Assembly (NCBI GenBank): GCA_963822965.1 | Contig: CAWGJT010000005.1 | Span: 384,001 to 448,000 of the forward strand | Reading direction: 5' to 3' | Origin: an uncultured delta proteobacterium | Lineage (GTDB): Bacteria; Myxococcota_A; UBA9160; UBA4427 | Length of the DNA: 64,000 bases | Shown: piece after piece, positions 47,103-55,099 of the stretch | Layout of the letters: every line of letters starts with the position of its first letter | Numbering within the stretch: position 1 is the stretch's first letter | The notes under the pieces: generated by a model | What the model was told of the DNA's origin: nothing | Databases searched by the model: none | The model's input: the letters and a program-made list of their open reading frames with translations, nothing else | Made by a program: the position numbers and the translations under genes

Positions 47103-48902
47103 TTGAACCCGCCGCTGCGCGAGACCGCGCTCCACGTGCTGCGTGCCCGCTACCTGCAGCGGGACGACGCGGGCCGGGTCGTCGAGACCCCCGAGGAGCT
47201 GTTCCGGCGGGTGGCCGCTACGTGGCCGCCGTCGAGGAGCGCTTCGGCGGCGACGCGGCCCGGCTGGGAGACCCGCTTCTTCGAGGCGATGGCGTCAGCT
47301 CGAATTCCTGCCGAACTCGCCCACCCTGATGAACGCCGGCGGGCCGCTCGGCCAGCTCGCCGCCTGCTTCGTGCTGCCGGTGGAGGACTCCCTCGACAGC
47401 ATCTTCCAGGCGCTGCACGACGCCGCGTTGATCCAGCAGAGCGGCGGCGGCACCGGCTACGACTTCTCGCGTCTGCGAGCCTCGGGGCGACGGCGTCGTT
47501 CGGCCACCGGCGGCATCGCCAGCGGTCCCGTCTCGTTCATGCGGGTCTTCGACGCCAGCATCGAGACCATCCGCCAGGGCGGACGCCGGCGCGGGCGCCA
47601 ACATGGCGGTGCTCCACGCCTCGCATCCCGGACGTCGAGCTCTTCGTCGCCGCGAAGCGCGAGCCGGGCGTGCTCGTCGAACTTCAACCTGAGCGTCGCG
47701 ATTCCGGACGCCTTCGTGGAAGCCGTGCGGACCGGCCGTGCCTGGGAGCTGCGCAACCCCCGGGACGGAGCCCCGGTGCGACGCATCGACGCGAACGAGC
47801 TGCTCGACGCGATCGCGGCCAGCGCCTGGGAGACCGGCGACCCGGGGCTGGTCTTCCGCGACCGCATCAACCGCGACAACCCCACCCCGGAGCTCGGCGC
47901 GATCACGGCCACCAACCCGTGCGGCGAGGTCCCGCTGCTGCCCTACGAGGCGTGCATGCTGGGATCGATCGACGTCTCGAAGCACACCGGCCCGCGCGGC
48001 ATGGACTGGGAGCGGCTCGCCGCGATGCTGTCGCCCTCGGCGTCCGCTTCCTGGACGACTGCCTGGAGGCCAGCCGCTTCCCGGTGGCGCGCATCGGAGA
48101 GATCGTGCGGGCCAACCGCAAGATCGGGCTCGGCGTGATGGGCTTCGCGGACGCCCTCATCGAGCTGCGCATCCCGTACGACGGCGAAGGTGCGGCGCGC
48201 TTCGCCGAAGAGGTGATGGGATTCGTCTCGCGAAACGCCCGGGAAGCGTCGCAGGAGCTGGCCCGGGAGCGCGGCGCGTTCCCGAACTTCCCGGGCAGCC
48301 GGCCCCAGCGTGAGGGACGGCCGCCCCTGCGCAACGCCACCGTCACGGCCATCGCGCCCACCGGCACCCTCTCGCTGATCGCCGGCTGCTCGAGCGGCAT
48401 CGAGCCCCTCTTCGCCCTCGCCTACGAGCGACACCTGCTCGACGGCGAGCGCGTCGTCGAGATCCACCCGCGGCTCGAACGCGCCCTGGAGGAGGCGCCG
48501 GGCCTGCCCGCGGAGCTGCGTCACCAGGCGATCCACCACGGCAGCTTCGAAGGCCTGCCCGGGGTTCCGCGCGAGCTGGCGCGGATCTTCCGGACGGCGC
48601 GGGAGATCCCGCCGGAGCGGCATCTGCAGATCCAGGCGGCCTTCCAGCGACACGTGGACAACGCGGTGTCCAAGACGATCAACCTGCCGCACGACGCCAC
48701 GCCCCGGGACGTGCGCGCCGCCTACGAGCGCGCCTACGAGCTCGGCTGCAAGGGAATCACCGTCTATCGCGAGGGCAGCGCGCGCGGTGCCGTGCTGGAG
48801 CGGCTCGACGCCGCCGACGGCGCCTGCCCGGAATGCGGCGCGCGCCTTCGCTTCGCCGAGGCGATCGCCCAGTGCCGCACCTGCGGCCTCGAGAATCCCT
48901 GA
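47103..48902 (+). CDS. nrdJ: Class II adenosylcobalamin-dependent ribonucleotide reductase, compact form with C-terminal Zn ribbon (frameshifted)
   Basis: FLPNSPTLMNAG, QLAACFV, TNPCGE, RKIGLGVMG, IAPTGT, DNAVSKTIN, KGITVYR, CPECG..CRTCG. Confidence 0.9.
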   Translation: MNPPLRETALHVLRARYLQRDDAGRVVETPEELFRRVAATWPPSRSASAATRPGWETRFFEAMASARIPAELAHPDERRRAARPARRLLRAAGGGLPRQHLPGAARRRVDPAERRRHRLRLLASASLGATASFGHRRHRQRSRLVHAGLRRQHRDHPPGRTPARAPTWRCSTPRIPDVELFVAAKREPGVLVELQPERRDSGRLRGSRADRPCLGAAQPPGRSPGATHRRERAARRDRGQRLGDRRPGAGLPRPHQPRQPHPGARRDHGHQPVRRGPAAALRGVHAGIDRRLEAHRPARHGLGAARRDAVALGVRFLDDCLEASRFPVARIGEIVRANRKIGLGVMGFADALIELRIPYDGEGAARFAEEVMGFVSRNAREASQELARERGAFPNFPGSRPQREGRPPLRNATVTAIAPTGTLSLIAGCSSGIEPLFALAYERHLLDGERVVEIHPRLERALEEAPGLPAELRHQAIHHGSFEGLPGVPRELARIFRTAREIPPERHLQIQAAFQRHVDNAVSKTINLPHDATPRDVRAAYERAYELGCKGITVYREGSARGAVLERLDAADGACPECGARLRFAEAIAQCRTCGLENP

Positions 48903-48924
48903 CCCGGTGCGCGGCGCCTCCCAA

Positions 48925-48949
48925 GAGGACAACGCTCAGCGTTGTCCTC
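48925..48949. terminator. Perfect inverted repeat between convergent nrdJ and the radical SAM gene
   Basis: GAGGACAACGCT-C-AGCGTTGTCCTC; no clear U-tract. Confidence 0.55.
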
Positions 48950-48989
48950 GGGTTGCAAGTCAGCGCCCCAGCGGAGCCCTGACCGCTCA

Positions 48990-49148
48990 GGGCCTGTGAA
49001 AGAATCCTCGACCGAGTCAGGCGCTGCGCCGGTGGGTCGGATGGAAGGCGCGACGACGAGGCGTAGCGTGCCTACGGCGAGGAGGAGCAACGCCGCAGAC
49101 GGCCCGCCGCCGCAAGCCTGGCGACCGAGAGGATTCCTTCACAGGCTC
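48990..49148. mobile_element. MITE-like element family B (159 bp)
   Basis: TIRs GGGCCTGTGAAAGAATCCTC / GAGGATTCCTTCACAGGCTC flanked by TCA on both sides; the right TCA is the radical SAM gene stop. Confidence 0.8.
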
Positions 49149-50246
49149 TCAGGCGCCGTCCATGTTCACGCCGGCGATCGCGTGCCCGCAGGCCGGACAG
49201 CGCCCGTCGCGCACCCGGTTCTCCACCAGCCGCAGCCCCTGGCGCTCGATCAGGCAGTCGCCGCAGCCGGGACAGAACGTGCTCTCGCCGGCCGCACCCG
49301 GAACGTTGCCCACGTACACGTAGGCGAGTCCCTCCCGCTCACCGATCTCGCGCGCCCGCTCGAGGGTCGCCACCGGGGTGGGAGGACGGTCGAGCATCTT
49401 GTAGGCCGGGTAGAACTGCGAGACGTGCCAGGGAATCTCGGGATCGACGGAGCGGACGAAGCGCGCGATGTCCCGTAGCTCCTCGTCGGAGTCGTTCAGC
49501 CCGGGAACCACGAGGGTCGTCACCTCGATCCACACCCCGAGCTCGTGATAGAGACGGATCGCGGCCAGGATGGGCTCGAGGCGCACCCGACTGATCCGCC
49601 GATAGCTCTCGTCCCGGAAGAACTTCAGGTCGACGTTCGCCGCGTCGAGCACGGGAGCGAGCTTCCGCTGGGCGGGCTCGCTGATGTAGCCGTTGGTGAC
49701 GAACACGTTGCGGAGCCCCTGCTGCCGCGCGAGCACGGCGGTGTCGTAGGCCAGCTCGAAGAAGATCGTGGGCTCGGTGTACGTGTAGGCGATGCACGAG
49801 GCCCCGGAGGCCGCGGCCTCCTTCACGAGGTCGGCCGGGGTGGCGGGCTCGCCGGGCATCTCGTCGGTCAGCCGCTCGAGCTCGGGGCAGCCGATCCCCG
49901 GCTCGTCGTCCGTCGCCCATTCGAGCTTGCGGGGCAGGTTCTCGCGCCCCCACTGGGAGATGTCCCAGTTCTGGCAGAAGCTGCAGCGCAGGTTGCAGCC
50001 CACCGTCGCGAACGAGTAGGCGACCGAGCCGGGCAGGAAGTGGAAGAGGGGCTTCTTCTCCACCGGCTCCACGTGGCGCGCGATGACGCGGTCGTAGACC
50101 AGGGTGTAGAGCTTCCCGTGACGGTTGACGCGGACGCCGCAGGCGCCCTTCACACCGTCCGCGATCACGCACTCGTGCGGACACAGCGTGCAGCGCACCC
50201 GCCGGTCGGGCAGGGATTCCTGGAACGAGGCTTCGTGAAGGCTCAT
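49149..50246 (-). CDS. amrS: AmmeMemoRadiSam system radical SAM enzyme
   Basis: CTLCPHEC..GACGVR, EPVEKKPLFHFLPG, CNLRCSFCQNWDISQ, AYTYTEPT, ANVDLK, CPGC..CPAC. Confidence 0.92.
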   Translation of the reverse strand: MSLHEASFQESLPDRRVRCTLCPHECVIADGVKGACGVRVNRHGKLYTLVYDRVIARHVEPVEKKPLFHFLPGSVAYSFATVGCNLRCSFCQNWDISQWGRENLPRKLEWATDDEPGIGCPELERLTDEMPGEPATPADLVKEAAASGASCIAYTYTEPTIFFELAYDTAVLARQQGLRNVFVTNGYISEPAQRKLAPVLDAANVDLKFFRDESYRRISRVRLEPILAAIRLYHELGVWIEVTTLVVPGLNDSDEELRDIARFVRSVDPEIPWHVSQFYPAYKMLDRPPTPVATLERAREIGEREGLAYVYVGNVPGAAGESTFCPGCGDCLIERQGLRLVENRVRDGRCPACGHAIAGVNMDGA

Positions 50247-50265
50247 GGACTCCCTCCCGAGACCC

Positions 50266-51459
50266 TCACGCCGGCGCGGGGGGCTTCGGACCGACGATCT
50301 CCTTCCACAGCTCGGGCAGCCGCGCGCACTGCTCGGCGACGAGGCGTTCGGCCTCGGCCCGTAGGTCGTGCGGGATCGCTGCTTCGGTATCGAGACGCAG
50401 GCTCGCGATCTGGGGCTCGCTGACCGGCGCCCCGATGCGGCTCACGAGCACGCACTCTGCAGCGCGCACGCCCGGCAGCGCCGCGCACGAGCGGGCGGCA
50501 CGGTCGGCGGCCAGCGACAGGAGCTTGCCTACGTGGGTGGCCGGATTCTTGCCCGCGTACGCCTCCAGGGTCATGGCGCGCATCGGGGTGATGAGACCCG
50601 TCTGGCGGTTGCCGCGCCCCACCTGGCCGTCGTCGCCGCACTCCGCCGAGGTGCCGGTGAGGGTGAGATAGGGGGAGCGCCCCTCGTCGTCGGCGGCGTT
50701 CACGTCCACACGCGGGCGCTCGAAGCCCGCGGCGTGGGCCTCGGCGAGCGCCATCGCGCGAACGGATTCGGTGGCCGCGAGGTAGGCGGCCCGGTCGCGG
50801 AGCACCGGAGCCAGGGTCGCCACCGCCAGCGTGAGCTGCAGGGCGTCGCCGTCGCGCACCGCCATGACCTTGGCATCCTCGCCCAGGGCCGAATCTCCGG
50901 ACGCCATCGAGGCGAGGCGCGCGGCCACCGACCGGGTCAACGCCTCCACCGGGCTGGCGGGCGCGAAGCCCACGCCGATGCTGGTGTCCCCCGCGAGCGG
51001 CAGCGCGTGTGCGGACTCCTCGAAGACCTGCTGCAGCTCCGGCGCCCCGGCGTTCACGGCCACCTCCAGCACGAGCTGCCGGGGGTCGCCCGGGTCGAGA
51101 TGGCGAACCGCGGAGAACGCCTCCTCGGCCGCGGCTCGGGCGATCGCCTCGACGTCCAGCGGGCGGCCTCCCGCCTCCAGCGTCGCGCGACCCGCGAGCA
51201 CGAGTCGGATGGGCGCGAGGAAGCGTCCCCCACCGAAGTGCGACTCGGTCCGCCCCGCCACCAGCAGCGCCTTGTCGACGTTGTGGTGCAGGATGCGCCC
51301 GGCCGCGTCGAGGTAGGCGTGGCAGAGCCGGCGCGAGAACGCCTCGGCAGCCGCGTCGCACAGGGTGTCCGGGTGCCCCGGTCCCTTGCGCTCCACCACC
51401 TCCACCCGCCGCAGGCCCGGATCGAGGACGGCGCGCTCGACGGCGACCTGCAGGCTCAC
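50266..51459 (-). CDS. Archaeal-type S-adenosylmethionine synthetase
   Basis: VEVVERKGPGHPDTLCD, HHNVDK, DTSIGVG, GEDAKVM, YLTLTGTSAECGDDGQVGRGNR, AGKNP..HVGK. Confidence 0.9.
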   Translation of the reverse strand: MSLQVAVERAVLDPGLRRVEVVERKGPGHPDTLCDAAAEAFSRRLCHAYLDAAGRILHHNVDKALLVAGRTESHFGGGRFLAPIRLVLAGRATLEAGGRPLDVEAIARAAAEEAFSAVRHLDPGDPRQLVLEVAVNAGAPELQQVFEESAHALPLAGDTSIGVGFAPASPVEALTRSVAARLASMASGDSALGEDAKVMAVRDGDALQLTLAVATLAPVLRDRAAYLAATESVRAMALAEAHAAGFERPRVDVNAADDEGRSPYLTLTGTSAECGDDGQVGRGNRQTGLITPMRAMTLEAYAGKNPATHVGKLLSLAADRAARSCAALPGVRAAECVLVSRIGAPVSEPQIASLRLDTEAAIPHDLRAEAERLVAEQCARLPELWKEIVGPKPPAPA

Positions 51460-51998
51460 GGCGCCGGCGCGTCCACCGGAGCCGGATACACGACCGTCGC
51501 CTGCAGGCCTTCGCGTCCGGCCTCGAGGTTGAGCGCCACCCGGTGGCCCTCGGCCAGCTGCTCGAAGTGCAGCCCGTGCTTCACGGCGTTGCGGTGGAAG
51601 TACACGCTCTCGCCGCCGTCCGTGAGGATGAAGCCGTGATCGTTCTCCGGCACCAGGCGATCCACGATGCCGAGCTCGGGCGGCTCGGGAGCCGATTCCG
51701 CCCGCTTCGTGCGCCGCCGGCCCCGGAGGTTCCGGACCTCTCGCTCGAACACGTCGAGCGCCTCGTCCAGGGCGCGGCCCACCTCGTCCCGGGTGCGCGC
51801 GGCGACGATCTCCTTGCCGCGCACCTGCGCGGTGATGCGGGCCTCCTGGTTTCCCAGGCGGTGATGCCCGGTGGTCCGCGCCGTCAAGCGCACGTCGATC
51901 AGGTCCTGATGGCCCTCGGCGAGCGAGCGAACGCGCTGCTCGATGGCCTCCTTCACGTCCGCGCGCAGGTCGTCGAAATCGACCCAGTGGATCTCCAT
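51456..51998 (-). CDS. HPF/RaiA-type ribosome-hibernation domain fused to a cold-shock domain
   Basis: N-terminal HPF-like pattern (RITAQVRGKEIVA..ALDEALD..ER); C-terminal HGFI..VYFHRNAV..L.EG.RV. Confidence 0.8.
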   Translation of the reverse strand: MEIHWVDFDDLRADVKEAIEQRVRSLAEGHQDLIDVRLTARTTGHHRLGNQEARITAQVRGKEIVAARTRDEVGRALDEALDVFEREVRNLRGRRRTKRAESAPEPPELGIVDRLVPENDHGFILTDGGESVYFHRNAVKHGLHFEQLAEGHRVALNLEAGREGLQATVVYPAPVDAPAP

Positions 51999-52096
51999 GG
52001 TGACGTCCTTCCTCCTCGTCTCTGTCTCGCTCACGTTCTCGTTCATTCTCTTTCGCTCGTCGTCTCTCGACTTGCGGCCGCCCGCCGCAGCCCTCG

Positions 52097-52894
52097 CTAG
52101 CGGTTGGCTTCCGCCTCGCGCCCGCAGCGGATGCAGACGTTGGTTCCCGGCAGCGCCCGCAGCCTCGCTTCGGCGATCCGCTCGCCGCACGTCTCGCAGA
52201 TGGACAGCTCGCCCCGGCGCTGACGCTCGAGCGCGTGCTCGATGGCCTTCAGGCGCCGCGAGGCGAGCTCGGCGAGCTGCTCGGTCAGGTAGCCCGCCTC
52301 GAGATCGCTCCCAAGCTCGGCCTCGTCCAGCGGAGTTCCCCGCTCCGTCGCGACGATCTCCTGCTCCCGGCTCTCGTAGGCCGCGAGACGGCCGGCCAGG
52401 TAGCTTCGCTCGTTCGCGAGCGCCGTCGGCAGGTCCACCGGCTCGGGCGCCCGCTCCCCGCGCCGCTCGGACCACAGCACGGTGACGAGCGCCTGCAGCA
52501 GATCCGTCTCGGTGATGATGCCGTCGAGACGGCCCTGCTCGTCCACCACGGGCAGGCAGCCGAAGCGACCGTCGGCCATGCGCTGGGCCGCATCCTCGAG
52601 CGGCGCGTCGTAGCGGATCGTCACCGGCCCGTAGGTCATCACCTCGCCGACCGCGAGGTCGGGCAGGCTGCGACGCTCGTCGACGGGAAGCGGCGCCCGC
52701 AGGCTCACCGGAATCGGTAGGGCCGCGCGCAGGTCGTCGAACGACAGCACGCCGCACACCCGCCCTTCCCCGTCCACCACGGGCAGGTGGCGGATGGCGT
52801 GATCGATCATCAGGTCCAGCGCCGCGAGCGCCGAAGCCTCGGGCTCGATGGAAACGGGCTCCCCCGTCATGAAGGCCTTCACATCGACATCCAC
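52097..52894 (-). CDS. CBS-pair protein fused to a DksA/TraR coiled-coil and C4 zinc finger
   Basis: IRHLPVVD, GCLPVVD..GIITETD (two CBS); AIEHALER..CETCGERIAEARLRALP..CIRC. Confidence 0.88.
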   Translation of the reverse strand: MDVDVKAFMTGEPVSIEPEASALAALDLMIDHAIRHLPVVDGEGRVCGVLSFDDLRAALPIPVSLRAPLPVDERRSLPDLAVGEVMTYGPVTIRYDAPLEDAAQRMADGRFGCLPVVDEQGRLDGIITETDLLQALVTVLWSERRGERAPEPVDLPTALANERSYLAGRLAAYESREQEIVATERGTPLDEAELGSDLEAGYLTEQLAELASRRLKAIEHALERQRRGELSICETCGERIAEARLRALPGTNVCIRCGREAEANR

Positions 52895-52966
52895 GTTCGT
52901 CTCCTCGTCTCTTCTCGCGTCTCGCTCGTCTTCTCTCGGCTCTTCGAGCCCGTTCTGCTCCGCTCG

Positions 52967-53401
52967 TCACACGTCGAGGGTGACGCCGATCTCCCAACCG
53001 TCCGCGCGCGGCGCCACGCGCAGCCCGTGGGCGGTCGCTGCCTTCACGTCGGCGGCGCGCCGATGACGATCGGGATCGAGCGCTTCCCCCACCAGCCGCG
53101 CCTGCAGCGACGCGCGTCCTTCGCCCTGCACGATGCGCGTCTCCGCGGCCCGCAGGAGCCAGCCCCGGGCGTCGCGCAGGAAGACGAGCTCGTTCAGGAA
53201 CGCCAGCAGCAGCAGCTCGAGATCCGGCTCTTCGAGCTCGACGCGCCACTCGAGACGCGCCTCGACGGCGTCGGGATTGGCCACCGTCACGGCGAGCAGC
53301 GCGTCGGCGGCGGCCGCGAAGGCGGACTCCGCCGTCGCGCCCCGGGCCACGAAGGCCAGGTCGCTGGTGACGTCGTCGAGGAACTCGATCCGCTCGCTCA
53401 T
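52967..53401 (-). CDS. Archease
   Basis: EFLDDVTSD, FLNELVFL, DVKAATAH, terminal LDV; ATG overlaps the rtcB stop. Confidence 0.92.
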   Translation of the reverse strand: MSERIEFLDDVTSDLAFVARGATAESAFAAAADALLAVTVANPDAVEARLEWRVELEEPDLELLLLAFLNELVFLRDARGWLLRAAETRIVQGEGRASLQARLVGEALDPDRHRRAADVKAATAHGLRVAPRADGWEIGVTLDV

Positions 53402-54873
53402 CCCTTCACGTTTCCCACCGGCACCAGGTGTGCGACGCGCCGCGAGAGCCCAGCCTGCTCGGTCGCCTCCGCCACCGCGTCCACATCCTTGTAGGCGAAT
53501 CCCGCCTCCTCGGCGAGGCCGGACAGGCTGGCGGTCCGCACGAGGATGCCGCGGGCCGCCATGCGGTCCTGCAGCTCGCGACCCTTCACCAGCCGGCGCG
53601 CTCTGCGTCGGCTCATGGTACGGCCGCTGCCATGGGCGGTGCTGCAGAAGCTGGCGGCAGCGCCCTCGGTGCCCGCCAGCACGTAGGAGCCGGTCTCCAT
53701 GCTACCCCCGATGATCACCGGCTGTCCGGTGACGCGATAGGCGGGGGGCAGCTCCGTGTGCCCCGGCGGCAGCGCCCGGGTAGCTCCCTTGCGGTGCACC
53801 AGAAGCTGCCGCTCGCGGCCGTGGATGCGATGCGACTCGAGCTTCGCCGTGTTGTGCGAGACGTCGTAGACGTTTCGCAGGCCGAGCGACCCGGGAGCGC
53901 GCCCGAGCACCTCGGAGAAGACCTCGATCACCCGGTGTTGGATCACCTGCCGGTTGGCGAACGACATATTGGCCGCCGCGCACATGGCGCCGTAGTAGGC
54001 CTGGCCCTCGTCCGACGAGAACGGCGCGCAGGCGAGCTCGCGGTCGATCACCTCGAGCCCGAACTTCGGCTTCATCTTGCGCAGGAAGAGCTGCAGGTGG
54101 TCGGTGGCCACCTGGTGGCCGAGCCCACGGCTTCCGCAGTGGAACATCACCACCACCTGCTCGGGCCGGTCGAGCCCGAAGGCGGAGGCGACCTCGGCGT
54201 CGAAGGTTCCCTCCGGCCGCAGCACCTGGATCTCGAGGTAGTGGTTGCCCGAGCCGAGGGTGCCGAGCTGACGGTGGCCGCGTTCGCGGGCGCGTTCGCT
54301 CACGCACCCGGGCAGGGCTCCGGGGAAGCGGCCCCTCGCCTCGGTGTGATCGAGGTCGGCTTCGCAGCCGAAGCCGTGGTCCACCGCCCAGCGCGCCCCG
54401 TGTACGAGCACGTCCTCGAATTCCGACTCGGACAGCCGCACGAAGCCCTGGGAGCCCACGCCGGCGGGAACGTGCTCGGCCAGGCGATCCACCAGGGCGC
54501 GCAGGACGGGCCGCACCTCGGGCCAGGTGAGGTCGCTGCGCAGCAGCCGCATGCCGCAGTTGATGTCGAACCCGATGCCCCCGGGAGAGATCACGCCGTG
54601 GCGCGGGTCCATGGCCGCCACGCCCCCGATCGGAAAGCCGTAGCCCCAGTGGGCATCGGGCATGCAGAAGCTGGCCTCGACGATGCCCGGGAGCTTGGCG
54701 ACGTTCGCCGCCTGCTGGAAGACCTGGGCGTCCATCGCCCGCACCAGCTCCTTCGTTCCGAAGACACGGACCGGCACCCGCATCCCGTCCCGCCAGCTCG
54801 CGGGCAGCTCCCACAACGCCGGCCCGATCTCCCGCAGGTCGTCCGCGGCGTGGGTCGGGTCAGACTGGGCCAT
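53398..54873 (-). CDS. rtcB: RtcB RNA ligase (archaeal/eukaryote-like long form)
   Basis: MPDAHWGYGFPIGG, GFDINCG, GTLGSGNHY, HRKGAT, STAHGSGR. Confidence 0.95.
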   Translation of the reverse strand: MAQSDPTHAADDLREIGPALWELPASWRDGMRVPVRVFGTKELVRAMDAQVFQQAANVAKLPGIVEASFCMPDAHWGYGFPIGGVAAMDPRHGVISPGGIGFDINCGMRLLRSDLTWPEVRPVLRALVDRLAEHVPAGVGSQGFVRLSESEFEDVLVHGARWAVDHGFGCEADLDHTEARGRFPGALPGCVSERARERGHRQLGTLGSGNHYLEIQVLRPEGTFDAEVASAFGLDRPEQVVVMFHCGSRGLGHQVATDHLQLFLRKMKPKFGLEVIDRELACAPFSSDEGQAYYGAMCAAANMSFANRQVIQHRVIEVFSEVLGRAPGSLGLRNVYDVSHNTAKLESHRIHGRERQLLVHRKGATRALPPGHTELPPAYRVTGQPVIIGGSMETGSYVLAGTEGAAASFCSTAHGSGRTMSRRRARRLVKGRELQDRMAARGILVRTASLSGLAEEAGFAYKDVDAVAEATEQAGLSRRVAHLVPVGNVKG

Positions 54874-54921
54874 CCACTCCTCTCGGGCCGGCTGTCGCAC
54901 GCGCGGGCCGACAAAATGAAA

Positions 54922-54937
54922 AGCAATCGGCGTGCCA
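54922..54937 (-). promoter_or_regulatory. Sigma54 (-24/-12) promoter of the rtcB operon
   Basis: Minus strand TGGCACGCCGATTGCT matches TGGCACG-N4-TTGCW, ~50 bp upstream of the rtcB ATG. Confidence 0.85.
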
Positions 54938-55099
54938 GCTGTCCCGAACCGCCTCGCAGCAGCGGCAGCCGACGGGAGCCCGGCGATCGCTCGCCGCCGG
55001 GTCCCGGGGTGGGGCGCAGTGCCCCTGCGACCGGACACGATGGACAGGATGGTAGAGTGCACGATGTACCTGGAGCCGGGGGCAAGGAGGCTCGATCGA

